A stretch of DNA of 64,000 nt, taken from the sequence record MZ422438.1. The stretch is one strand, 5' to 3'. Under the pieces are notes generated by a model. That model was given only the letters and a program-made list of their open reading frames with translations. It did no database searches and was not told the DNA's origin. How positions within the stretch are numbered: position 1 is the stretch's first letter; each line of letters begins with the position of its first letter. A program made the translations under genes and the position numbers. Of this stretch, positions 34,947 to 45,804 are shown piece by piece.

Positions 34947-36956
34947 TTATCTAAATACCCTATCGAATTCAGATTCAACATCTTTACCAAAAAGATCATT
35001 ATAACTATCTGTCTTAAATTGTTTTTCAATATTTTGATATAATAGTGACATTGCAGGACTTTTCTTACCGATAAGTATTGCATCACTTACATTATATATA
35101 TTATATTTTGGTAATTCTTCAGCATTAGCAAATTCGGTTCTATCATTATTTTCTAGACTTACCATTTCCCTTACAATAGTTTCTACATGTACAGAATCAA
35201 TCATTGTTCCTGAATCCACTAATAAGTTTACAATTTCTTGTACAATGATAGAATAATCATTATTTGATACATTTCTAATAAAATGATTTTTTTCTAAGAT
35301 ATCTTTAATCTTTAGAAGTGGGTCTGCAATACCATCATTTTCCACAATAATATTAAACATATATTCATTATCAGGCATATATTTTAATGAGAATACATAA
35401 TTATTTGTGGAATTATCATAATACTGTTCAATATCATCCGCAATCTCATTAGGAATAATTAAGCTTAATGGAGTGTCAATTCTAATCTGAGTGTCTTTCC
35501 TACCTTTAACATAGATTGTTCTTGTTTGATATTTATTCTTTTCAGAGTCTTCATTTTCCATAAGATCATCTTTATGAATATAGATTGTTTCATTATCAGA
35601 AATAGGACTAACCTTATCTTCAAATAATTGAAACTTAGATAAGAAATCTTTAGACCAGTTAGCATCCTTAATAATAACTTCTAATAAATGCTTTGTTGAT
35701 AAGATTTTTTGTGTTAATGGATTAGTAAGTTCTAAAGTTGCAGCAGTTCCTACTTTAATGTGTTTATTAATCTTTTCTAATCTTCCATAACATCTAGGAC
35801 ATATACCTTTTGAATGTGCGCATGTTATTGGACTAAATATCTTAATATCTTTACCAATAAGATGTGTATCATTCTTAGTTATTACGGTAGTTTTATTAGT
35901 ATCTTCATCATACATCCAACGATGATTATATAGTGATAACATGTCTTTATCTCTAATATGAATATTAATATAATGAGAAGTGTTACAACTATCTACATTA
36001 TTTTCATCTTTGTGAAGTTCTTTATCTTGTGGATCAATATCTAATGTGTATATTACTGAATCTTCAGTTAATATAGATATCTTTCGGTTAGTATATCCAG
36101 ACTGTTTTACTTGATCCTTTGCAGTGATAATTGCTTTTCTACCACCTACTGCATCAATAAAGAATTCTGTTACATTTTTAATTCCCCTTACAAAAGAACT
36201 ATTAATTGGAGTAGTAATAACTTTACCATATAGATCGGGCTTATAACCAATTAATCCAAAATTTTGATTAAATTGTTTTATATTAATTCCTGCACCCGAC
36301 ATGATTAAATCTCTAGTAATATTATCTTTATCTTCTTTAATAATTTGAATCATTTTATCTTTGTTTTCTGCAATTTTTTGATTATTTGTTCCAATATCAT
36401 CTTTTAATTCTGGATCAAGTTCGAATTCTAAAGTTTTCTTAAATTCTTCATTTCTATCCATAATATCGATTATATCAAATAAACTATAAGTCACTCCGCT
36501 CTGATATAATACGTTTTGAGTACTAAATATTGATAGTTCATCTACTGACCACGCAATATCTTTTTTAATCAATTTTATCTTTTCATCACTAATATCATAA
36601 TTATAAATTTTGTTAATAATCTTATCATAAAATACATTATGAAGATTAACATTATAATTACCCTTTTCATTACAATCTTTTAAGATAAATGTAAACTCTT
36701 CGGTAAATTCTTCTTCCAAACTCTTAAAAGGTTTTGCCAAAATAAACGTTGTTAATAAATTTGACCTAGATATTTTTGATGTTCCAAATTGTAAAATTTC
36801 TCTACGAGAATCCACATCTTCTACAATTTTCTTTCCTAATTCATCAATCTTCGAATAATACTTAGTATCATCATGAAGAATTGAATTAAATAAAGATAGA
36901 TCTAATACTGTACTCAATATCCTCCACACAATCCTTTCTGTAATATATTTAACCAC
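34947..36956 (-). CDS. Phage RNA polymerase beta' subunit, C-terminal part (probably non-virion RNAP)
   Basis: MSGAGINIKQF...PINSSFVRGI..EFFIDAVGGRKAI...QSGYTNRKI (bridge-helix region), Zn motif CAHSKGICPRCYG, HVETIVREM; no DxDGD motif. Confidence 0.9.
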   Translation of the reverse strand: MVKYITERIVWRILSTVLDLSLFNSILHDDTKYYSKIDELGKKIVEDVDSRREILQFGTSKISRSNLLTTFILAKPFKSLEEEFTEEFTFILKDCNEKGNYNVNLHNVFYDKIINKIYNYDISDEKIKLIKKDIAWSVDELSIFSTQNVLYQSGVTYSLFDIIDIMDRNEEFKKTLEFELDPELKDDIGTNNQKIAENKDKMIQIIKEDKDNITRDLIMSGAGINIKQFNQNFGLIGYKPDLYGKVITTPINSSFVRGIKNVTEFFIDAVGGRKAIITAKDQVKQSGYTNRKISILTEDSVIYTLDIDPQDKELHKDENNVDSCNTSHYINIHIRDKDMLSLYNHRWMYDEDTNKTTVITKNDTHLIGKDIKIFSPITCAHSKGICPRCYGRLEKINKHIKVGTAATLELTNPLTQKILSTKHLLEVIIKDANWSKDFLSKFQLFEDKVSPISDNETIYIHKDDLMENEDSEKNKYQTRTIYVKGRKDTQIRIDTPLSLIIPNEIADDIEQYYDNSTNNYVFSLKYMPDNEYMFNIIVENDGIADPLLKIKDILEKNHFIRNVSNNDYSIIVQEIVNLLVDSGTMIDSVHVETIVREMVSLENNDRTEFANAEELPKYNIYNVSDAILIGKKSPAMSLLYQNIEKQFKTDSYNDLFGKDVESEFDRVFR

Positions 36957-37132
36957 AAATATATAATATATAATTGTAAGATAATTTAATAATCACAAAC
37001 CTATATTATGATTCTAACAGAATATTTCATTGTTGTAAATTAAAATTAACTTTTTATCTTATGAAACTTAATGTGGATCATAGAAAATTTAAACTATCAA
37101 TAAAAATATATATTATATATTTGCGAATAAAA

Positions 37133-37175
37133 TCCCCTATCATATAATTATAACACAAATTTATATGATAGGGGA
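37133..37175 (-). terminator. Intrinsic terminator
   Basis: tcccctatcatataa/ttatatgatagggga 15-bp stem. Confidence 0.75.
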
Positions 37176-37181
37176 AATAAA

Positions 37182-37505
37182 TTATTTATCTTCGACTTTT
37201 TTAGATTCTGATTTAGCTTTACGTTTTTCTCCGAATTCACGAAGTTTTTGTTTTCCTTTGCTTGCATACTTAAGTTGAATTGCTCGGCGAGTTTCTCGGC
37301 GCAACTTAGAATATTTAACGTATTTACGGTAAAGTGGATCATTTGCTTCTTTAGCGGAAATTAATACTGCTTGAGTATATAAACGTTTCTTAGCGGTACG
37401 TTTATCTAAACGAACAATATTGGCTTCTTCTAGATAGCTTAAAGATTCTTCCAAAGTTTGCATTGAACTTTCTTCATTATTATAATTAAAAAATGTATCT
37501 TTCAT
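37182..37505 (-). CDS. Small basic protein, probably virion head-associated
   Basis: Acidic N-terminus with L-X-E motifs, then an R/K-rich helix; late promoter at 37545. Confidence 0.6.
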   Translation of the reverse strand: MKDTFFNYNNEESSMQTLEESLSYLEEANIVRLDKRTAKKRLYTQAVLISAKEANDPLYRKYVKYSKLRRETRRAIQLKYASKGKQKLREFGEKRKAKSESKKVEDK

Positions 37506-37714
37506 ATTGATTAAGCATCCCTTTCTCTAAATAAAATGGTTTAATAATTATATGTTTATCAATTCAATGCAGAAAAAATAATAATTTATTTTTATTCGTT
37601 AATAATGTTTTATATTATATAAAATATAGAAAGGAAAGATAATTTATGTATAGTTTTTAGTAGTAATATTCTCTTTAATTATATAAAAAATAAAATTGGT
37701 GGTGTATTGTTTAT

Positions 37715-38814
37715 ATGAAGATTGAAGAAAAAGAACGTGAAATGAAACATATTGGTTACATGAAGATATTACTTAATGTTGCTAAAGAAGAATTTCCAGA
37801 TATGGAAGAAGATGTATTAAAAGAAAAGATTAAAAATATTGTAAAGGATAACATGAAAAATCCAAAAGCAATGATTGATGATCGTGAAACAACATTATTA
37901 GGATTAGACAAATTTATCGTAACTGAGAAACCTATCATTACTGGTTTTGGATCAATGTATTTAACTCATGATAAGTTTGATAATCTATTAGCAAAATTGG
38001 TTGAATATATTATCAAAACTCGTAAAGTTTATAAAAATAAAATGTTCGAACACGTTAATGATGATGATCAAACACTGAGAAATATGTATGATATGTATCA
38101 ACGTACCATGAAGATCCTAGCGAACTCATTTTACGGATCATTGATCCAAAGTAGCTTTATTTTGTATAATCCGATATCTGGTCCGTCAGTTACTTATTCT
38201 GGTGTTGATATTATCACTACTGCACTAAATAATTTTGAGAAATTCTTAGCAAATAATATCTATTTTAGAAATGTAGATGATATTATTGTATATATGAATA
38301 ATATTAAATCTGAAAATTATAGTATGGATAAAGTTAAATTTAAACAATCCCGTAGTAAAGATCAGATTATTGATTATTTATTTGATAAGACAGATAATTA
38401 TATGGATGAAGATAGAATATTATTGATGACAATGATGAATAATTATACGGATGAAGATTTACTTAAGCTTTATTATAAAAATAACTTCATTGATTTATTA
38501 AAAGAATCTGATATTGCAGATAATTATTTTAAAGAAATTCTAAGTTGCTATGAATTTACTGATCCAAACGATCCTCCTGCTAAAGTTATCTCCACTAATG
38601 AAATTTGTACTATTAAAGGAAAAGATAACGGTAAAATTAAAGTTAAATTATCTAATGGTGAAATTTCTCTAGAAGATCCTAGTAATATTTTAGATTATAG
38701 GGAAAAATTAGATAATTTATGGAATATTATTAGAAATATTGTATTCTACAATTATCAAGATTTCTATCGTATGGAAAATTCTGAAGAAAGATTAAGAAAA
38801 ACAGTGCTCGTGGT
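37715..38814 (+). CDS. Family-B DNA polymerase (phiKZ-type), exon 1
   Basis: Motif B KILANSFYG and SVTYSG; ends ...KTVLV-GT at the group I 5' splice site. Confidence 0.85.
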
Positions 38815-39295
38815 TAATGTATAGCCACACTTATATAGTAATATATAGGTTAAAAATTCTATTAATTGCTGGAAAATCCTAAAGCTTATTTAACTACAAC
38901 GGAATCAGTAATGATAAACGTGAATGTTGTCGAAAGACTGAAAAAATAAATAAGATTAATACATGGTGAAATAAAAGTACTATAATATATAGTATCCTAA
39001 ATATTAATTATAATGGATGATCAGCAGCAGTATTTCTTTAAGATTATAAATGAAAGAAAAAAGAAATGTTGTTCAACGACTATCAAAAGATTATTATATA
39101 AATAATAATTTAGTAGAGTAGAGCCAAGCTTTTGGGTTAGTATTTAAGAGATATTATCTTAATGTAAAACTATTAAATCGAAAAATAGAATTATCCTTTA
39201 GTAAGGATAAAGATATAGTCTGTTCTTTAAGGAAATCTTAAAGAAGTTCATAAGAGAACTGCATAAGAATTAGCGCACTTATGTGAACACGAAAG
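38815..39295 (+). mobile_element. ORF-less group I intron (IA-like, 481 nt) in the DNA polymerase gene
   Basis: P1 GUGGU/GCCAC with a U-G pair at the splice site; P aattgctggaa; Q atcagcagc; R gttcaacgacta (39071-82); S aagatatagtct (39210-21); terminal G 39295. Splicing restores VVDTDSNF. Confidence 0.9.
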
Positions 39296-40220
39296 TGATA
39301 CCGACTCAAACTTCTTGTATCTCAATCACTTTGTCGATTTATTCTCAGAAATTTATCCAGATATTACGATGAAAGAAAATGATAAATCTATTGTATCTGC
39401 CATTAATACTATTATGTATATTGTTACTGAATGTATTAATGAAACGTATTACAAGTATGGAATGGAACTCGGTATTCCAGAAGATAAACGTGGACTAATT
39501 AATATGAAGAATGAATTTCTATATAAACGTTTAATGCTAACAGACGCTCAAAAGAATTATGCTGGCGTAATTTTAATGCAAGAAGGAAATATTCTTCAGA
39601 CTCCTAAGATTGATATTAAAGGATTAGCAATTAAGAAGACAAATACGAATAAACATGTACGTGAAGAATTTTCAGGAATTCTTAAAGATGTCATTCTTGA
39701 ATCAGATAAGATTGATGGTTCTGAATTTATTACTAGATATAAGAATCTAGAAAAAGAAATTCGAAGATCTTTAATGAATAGTGAAATCACATTTACTCTC
39801 CCTAGAACTGCAAATATTAAAGAAAACTACGTAGCACCATATACGCAAGCACCATACAAAGGTGTATTAGTATGGAACACATTATATCCTGATAAAGAAA
39901 TTAACTTACCAAACAAAGTTAATCTTATCAAGCTAAATATTGAAACTTTTGATGATATTGAAAGTAAAACTAATGATCAAGATCTAATTGAACGATTTAA
40001 GAAAGTTTATGAAGATGAGGAATTGACAAAAAAAGGAATTACTTATATTGCTATTGAAGCAGAACAAAAACATATTCCTGAAGAAATCATTCCATTTATT
40101 GACATACCTGAAATGGTTAAGACTCATGTATCATCAGGATCCAAACTAATGACGTCATTAGGATTCAATCCATTAGTAATTAATGGATCATTATTCCCAA
40201 CAAATATTATTAACTTTTAA
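39296..40220 (+). CDS. Family-B DNA polymerase, exon 2 (spliced product 674 aa)
   Basis: Starts T-GAT ACC GAC TCA (DTDS, motif C) in frame with track ORF 39315; MKNEF and QKNYAG follow. Confidence 0.85.
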
Positions 40221-40948
40221 TGAAAGTAGGAAATCTATTGGAAAATTTAAATATTGATATGAATGATCCAACCAAGAAAAAACATATTGTGGTAGATTGT
40301 GATGAAGTATTATGCAATATTTCACCAAAATGGACATACTTAATACATCAAGAAAAAGACTATTTTGGTAAATATATGAATCTTATTGATAATTTTGATA
40401 TTGATCTGCATTATAATATGGTTTTATCTAGAAATAAGTTTTATCTAAATCAGTGGTTAATTAAAGATGAATCATATACGAATTATAGTGAAGACGAAAT
40501 GGATGAAGTATTAAGACGTATGATGATGCTTTATGAAACTGAAGATTACTATGATAACTTAAAACCAAATCCTATTGTAGAGTCATTAGCATTATCGATT
40601 CGTCAACCTATTTTAGATAGAATATCTATTGTAACAAGAACAAACGCTAAAAATCTTAAGTCTAAAGAAAGATTTCTTAAGAATTGTTTTCAAGGTGTTA
40701 TGAATAAAGTTGATATATACTTTGTAGAAAATGATGAAAATAAGTCTGATATTATTAAAGACTTAGGTGACGGTATTGCAGCTATATATGAAGATGAAGT
40801 TAAAAATATTGTAGACATTTTAGATAACTGTAATAATCTTGATAAAAGCTTAATATATGTACCTAGTTATGGATATAATAACGCTAACCTTGATTTATAT
40901 ACTAAAGCAGAAGAAAAAGGAACTCAATTAAGATATTATTCATATTAA
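40220..40948 (+). CDS. HAD-superfamily 5'(3')-deoxyribonucleotidase-like protein
   Basis: N-terminal VVDCDEVL (DxD), SIVTRT, IYEDE motifs; TAATG coupling to the polymerase. Confidence 0.7.
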   Translation: MKVGNLLENLNIDMNDPTKKKHIVVDCDEVLCNISPKWTYLIHQEKDYFGKYMNLIDNFDIDLHYNMVLSRNKFYLNQWLIKDESYTNYSEDEMDEVLRRMMMLYETEDYYDNLKPNPIVESLALSIRQPILDRISIVTRTNAKNLKSKERFLKNCFQGVMNKVDIYFVENDENKSDIIKDLGDGIAAIYEDEVKNIVDILDNCNNLDKSLIYVPSYGYNNANLDLYTKAEEKGTQLRYYSY

Positions 40949-40964
40949 AGGATGTGGACTTATT

Positions 40965-42038
40965 ATGTATAATGGTAATTATGATATAAGTCTATATGAA
41001 TATTTAAAAAGTAAACTTAAAGTATGCTATATCACAAGCAAAAAGGATGAAACTGTTATACGTTGTCCTTTTTGCGGTGATTCTGCAAAAAATCAGTATT
41101 CTGCACACTTATATATAAATAATAAACCACCTTATAAATATTATTGTCAAAAATGTAATTCAAATGGAATATTTAATGATAAGATACTTAATAATCTAAA
41201 TATTTTTGATGCAAAACTAAATCAACAACTTAAAGTATCATACGAAAAATTCATTAAAGATGCAGGAATAAAATATGGAAAATCATTTTCATCACTATTT
41301 AATATGGATGAAACGGACATTCTTCCAAATAACTTTGGAATGTTAGAATTAAGAAAAATAAAATACTATGAAGATAGATTGGGAATAAAACTCAATGATG
41401 AATTATTAATTAAGTATAGAATTATTCTTAATCTTAGTGATTATATGGAAAATAATAAAATTCCAATAAAACAAGACAAATGGTATATTGAAAAATTAAA
41501 AATGATTAATGATAATTACATTATATTCTTATCTAATGACAAGAATGTTATTAACTGCAGAAATATAACAAATGTTACTGAAAAAAAGAAACGTCATATT
41601 AAAATGAGACTATTTGAAGATTTTACTGATGAAAGTAGAAGTTTTTACTCAATAAAGAATAATATATCTCTTGATAAATCTTTATACAATATTCATTTAA
41701 CAGAGGGTATATCTGATATTATATCCGTGCATCATAATATATTTAAAGATCAGGAAAATAATAATGATATTTTTATATCTAGTAATGGTAAGGGTTATAA
41801 TTCGGTATTACAATATTTATTATCAATTGGGATTACAAACGCAAATATTAATATATATGGTGATTCAGATGTTAATCGTAATTATTATAATAGATTAAAG
41901 TATAATTTACTAGCTAAATATAATGGGGTTAATCTCTATTTTAATATTGCTAAGGATCCTTATGGTAATGGATTTAAAGACTTTGGCGTAAGATCTGAAA
42001 ATGTAGAATTAAGTAAAAGCATTAAGATTTCTTTCTAA
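40965..42038 (+). CDS. DNA primase (Zn ribbon plus TOPRIM)
   Basis: CPFCGDS...HLY...CQKC; TOPRIM LTEGISD and YGDSD. Confidence 0.8.
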   Translation: MYNGNYDISLYEYLKSKLKVCYITSKKDETVIRCPFCGDSAKNQYSAHLYINNKPPYKYYCQKCNSNGIFNDKILNNLNIFDAKLNQQLKVSYEKFIKDAGIKYGKSFSSLFNMDETDILPNNFGMLELRKIKYYEDRLGIKLNDELLIKYRIILNLSDYMENNKIPIKQDKWYIEKLKMINDNYIIFLSNDKNVINCRNITNVTEKKKRHIKMRLFEDFTDESRSFYSIKNNISLDKSLYNIHLTEGISDIISVHHNIFKDQENNNDIFISSNGKGYNSVLQYLLSIGITNANINIYGDSDVNRNYYNRLKYNLLAKYNGVNLYFNIAKDPYGNGFKDFGVRSENVELSKSIKISF

Positions 42039-42075
42039 CTTAATGGATCATAGAAATTTTCTAAAAAAAAAAAAG

Positions 42076-42104
42076 ACCCTAATAGATATTATATCTATTA
42101 GGGT
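42076..42104 (-). terminator. Intrinsic terminator (possibly bidirectional)
   Basis: accctaatagata/tatctattagggt with an A-run on the plus strand. Confidence 0.8.
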
Positions 42105-42117
42105 TATATTTATTTAA

Positions 42118-42351
42118 TTATTCTTTTTTTAATTGATAAGGATACACATTAATATATTTACTATCTAATAAATCATACACATTAATTAACCGACCATACA
42201 TATTAATCTTTGAAATTACCACATCGTGAATTTTTCCTAAAGAATCAATAATATAAAAATCTTTTCCTACAATAATATTTCTATTATAAATTTCTTTCAT
42301 GAATTCATCTAATGAATTTTGGTCTAATTCAGTATTATACATATTAATCAT
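42118..42351 (-). CDS. Hypothetical protein
   Basis: 77-aa ORF abutting the upstream gene. Confidence 0.55.
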   Translation of the reverse strand: MINMYNTELDQNSLDEFMKEIYNRNIIVGKDFYIIDSLGKIHDVVISKINMYGRLINVYDLLDSKYINVYPYQLKKE

Positions 42352-44388
42352 TTATATTTCCTTCTTTCTTTTTTTTTTTAATATATTTTCCATTTCATGA
42401 TAAGGTATATTCATTATAATTGATACATCATTAGTACTATAATTATCATCTAGATATTTATCTATTAATCTTTTTCTTTCAGAGATGCATTTATTTTTAG
42501 CAGTATAATGATCATACTGTCGGTTAGCACTTTTAAGTTCTTTAAAGAATAAACTATTATTGTTAATATATTTTTTAATATTAGATTTATCTACTGATAA
42601 TTCATTAGCTAATGAATAAACACTGCTGATATTCTTCTTATTGATAATATCAAGAATATATGATAAACGAGAAATTCTTTTAACTATCAAATTGCAATCT
42701 TTAACTTCCATATTAAAAATAATATCTACATATTTTTTCCATGATGGAGGATTATCGATAGATGTAGTTTTATTATTTAATAGTGAATTAAGATATATGA
42801 CAATATCTTTATTTAATTTGGTATTATTTATGATATCATCATATTTTCCTTCATCATAATTACGTTCTATATATTTTGTAAGGTATTTTATTTTTTCATC
42901 ATCAAGACTAAAATATGTCATATATTTCTTAAAGAAAGTATTTAACTTTAATTTAGTATATCTTCTTCGAATATTAAAACCATAAACAAACACATTAGTT
43001 ACTGTGGTATCTATATCTTCCATAACAGTATTAACTTTAATATTATTATTAACAGTATTAACTTTAATATTATTATTCTTAATAAAATTATTCATGTTCT
43101 TTATTTCATCGATAGTATTAATGATAATATTTCTAGACAATAATTCTTCTTTTTTAAAATTATTAATAACTTCTGTATTATTTAAAGATAAAATGAAGGC
43201 ATTTTTCATCTTTTTAATATTATTTCTAATAACTTTATTAATTATATTTATATCAACACTATAAGTTTTTGATTTTATGTTATTAAATATATCTAGGTTA
43301 GTAATAATATCTTTTTTAGTAGATAATTTTAGATAAGTGTTGATTATAAATTCATCTATATCTTTAGGATATATAATATACAATGCATCAACCATAACCT
43401 TATTATCATAGATAAGTTTAATTTTAATTGATAATTCTTTTTCTAGAATATTAATACAATTTTCACTAATTGATGTCTTAGTATTAATTTTTTTACCATA
43501 ATGGTAGTCATTTCGTATATCACATATTATTGAATGTTCTAGATTAGTAATTATATAAATTTTATTATATAATTCTTTATTATTCTTTATAATATTATTA
43601 ACACTATAAATATAACCAACGCCAATATCATAAAATATATCCATATTTGTAACAAAAGAAAATTTCTTTTTTAACTGATTATATGACTTGATAATATTCT
43701 TTTCAATACTATCAGTACTTCCATCATTAAATATCAATTTATTATCCTTTAGATATTCTTTAAATGAATCTAATATAGTATTATAGTTATCTAGATTCTT
43801 ATTGAGTACTAAAGATATAATATCAATGTCATTCATTTTTCGATAGTTCTTAATACTTTTGACAATACTTTTCTTTGTTGGAATTTTTATATTGTTCTTT
43901 ATATTTAATTCATTTATTGTATTAAATGGTATATTACAGTATAATAATATATCATCTAAACTTAAATTTTCAATAAAAATTAATTGAATAAATTCATTAT
44001 AGTTGATGTAATTATTTTTAACTTTATTTTCTTCAGTAATTCGTATTCCTTTTAACATGGAATAAAGCTTTGACTGATCATAACTAAATCCTGATAGTTC
44101 AGAGATTTCTTCTAAGGTTACTTTATTAGGATTAAGTTTATTAATATTATTTAGGATAATATTATCAACAATCTTAGCTTCTGAGATATTTTTGTTCTTC
44201 TTATTATTTTTAGTTTTATTATCATAACTAATTTTCATTTTTTTATCAAATAGACCGGATTCATCAATATATAGATTTACTACACCTACTGGAACTTTAT
44301 ATTTCATACATATTGACTTTAAATCAAAATTATCATTAAGATATGTACTATCTATTTCATGTTTTAATTCCTCGCTAATTCTTAACAT
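42352..44388 (-). CDS. Hypothetical N/I/K-rich protein
   Basis: 678-aa ORF; contains a 27-bp tandem duplication at 43024-43077 (NNNIKVNTV x2). Confidence 0.65.
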   Translation of the reverse strand: MLRISEELKHEIDSTYLNDNFDLKSICMKYKVPVGVVNLYIDESGLFDKKMKISYDNKTKNNKKNKNISEAKIVDNIILNNINKLNPNKVTLEEISELSGFSYDQSKLYSMLKGIRITEENKVKNNYINYNEFIQLIFIENLSLDDILLYCNIPFNTINELNIKNNIKIPTKKSIVKSIKNYRKMNDIDIISLVLNKNLDNYNTILDSFKEYLKDNKLIFNDGSTDSIEKNIIKSYNQLKKKFSFVTNMDIFYDIGVGYIYSVNNIIKNNKELYNKIYIITNLEHSIICDIRNDYHYGKKINTKTSISENCINILEKELSIKIKLIYDNKVMVDALYIIYPKDIDEFIINTYLKLSTKKDIITNLDIFNNIKSKTYSVDINIINKVIRNNIKKMKNAFILSLNNTEVINNFKKEELLSRNIIINTIDEIKNMNNFIKNNNIKVNTVNNNIKVNTVMEDIDTTVTNVFVYGFNIRRRYTKLKLNTFFKKYMTYFSLDDEKIKYLTKYIERNYDEGKYDDIINNTKLNKDIVIYLNSLLNNKTTSIDNPPSWKKYVDIIFNMEVKDCNLIVKRISRLSYILDIINKKNISSVYSLANELSVDKSNIKKYINNNSLFFKELKSANRQYDHYTAKNKCISERKRLIDKYLDDNYSTNDVSIIMNIPYHEMENILKKKRKKEI

Positions 44389-44457
44389 CTAGTTATTCCA
44401 CCTTTTAAATATTATTAAAGAAAAGGATAATGAAAATAAATTTCATTATCCATATAA

Positions 44458-45669
44458 TTACAATGCAATAATCAAGTTTGTTTTAGCTCTAGTAATTCCA
44501 GTGTATAATTGTTGATGATATATGCTCTTATTATATATTTCATCAAACAGTAATACATTATCATATTCCGATCCCTGTGATTTATATACGGTTGTTGCAT
44601 AACCAAACTTAAACTTATTAATGATAACATGTGATTCTTCAAAAATATTTCTTCGAAGAATTAATGACTTATACATTTCATTTTCATAAATTTGATCATC
44701 ATTAGTTATTCCATCCGTAAAATATAATGCATCTACATGCAATCTATTATAGATTCCAGTATCTGATGAAAATGTAGGTTTAAAGTCTAATTCAAAAGTA
44801 TCCAACCTTTTCTTATATTCATAGATATTTTCCACATAACCGATAATACCATTTGTTAAATACTGTTGTGATCCATTATCTTCATACATTTCTAACCAGT
44901 TATTCTTAAGACATATTAATTTTTCACCAACATATGGAAATGGTGAATTCAAATTAAGTATATTTTTTCTAATAAGAGAGTTTATCCTATCAACAGTTAT
45001 ATTTTTTGAAGCTAGAATTTGATCTGCGCCAGTATACATATCATAGTCTACATCTTTTTTATTAATAATCATTACATTTTCATCGATAGGACCAATTCTT
45101 AATCTATTTTTCTTACGAACTTCATTAGCTAACCATATAATTGGATTATCCAGTGCTTGCCTTAATGGTTCATCTAGGAAGATATCTGGTCTTTTCATAT
45201 ATTTATTAATTCCACCTTTAACTGGTGGAAGCTGCATCGGGTCTCCAATCATAATGATTGGGACGTTAAATGTAATTAGTTCTTCAATCATTGAATCTGT
45301 AACCATACTACCTTCGTCTACAATAATTAATTTAATATTTTTTGAAATACTTTCTTTTTTAATAAAGTTAAACTTATTCTTTTTTTCATCATAAACTACA
45401 TTATACATTAACCTATGAATTGTTGAAGTGTTATTATTCCCTTTCCTATTAAGAACATTAGTAGCGGTTCCAGTATATGCAGAATATACTACCTGTTCAT
45501 CGTTTAAATTGATTGCCGAAGTTATAAATTTTATAATTGTACTTTTACCTGTTCCGGCTAATCCTGCTATTGTAAAAACTTTTTTAATATCTTTATTCCA
45601 CCATTCAACTGCTCGCATAACAACCTCTTCTTGTTTGTTTGTTAGCGTAATAATACTCATTATATACAC
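44458..45669 (-). CDS. SF1B helicase (RecD/Dda-like)
   Basis: AGLAGTGKST, IVDEGSMV, GDPMQLPPV, YATTVYKSQGSEY, YTGITRA. Confidence 0.9.
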   Translation of the reverse strand: MYIMSIITLTNKQEEVVMRAVEWWNKDIKKVFTIAGLAGTGKSTIIKFITSAINLNDEQVVYSAYTGTATNVLNRKGNNNTSTIHRLMYNVVYDEKKNKFNFIKKESISKNIKLIIVDEGSMVTDSMIEELITFNVPIIMIGDPMQLPPVKGGINKYMKRPDIFLDEPLRQALDNPIIWLANEVRKKNRLRIGPIDENVMIINKKDVDYDMYTGADQILASKNITVDRINSLIRKNILNLNSPFPYVGEKLICLKNNWLEMYEDNGSQQYLTNGIIGYVENIYEYKKRLDTFELDFKPTFSSDTGIYNRLHVDALYFTDGITNDDQIYENEMYKSLILRRNIFEESHVIINKFKFGYATTVYKSQGSEYDNVLLFDEIYNKSIYHQQLYTGITRAKTNLIIAL

Positions 45670-45804
45670 CGCTTTCTATCCATTTTATTTACTATAATTT
45701 TTTATTAACATTATAAATTACTTTTTCATTAATATAATATATAATTAAAAATTTATACAACTTTCTAACATAACATTATAATAGTAAATAATGGCGGTGA
45801 TAAA

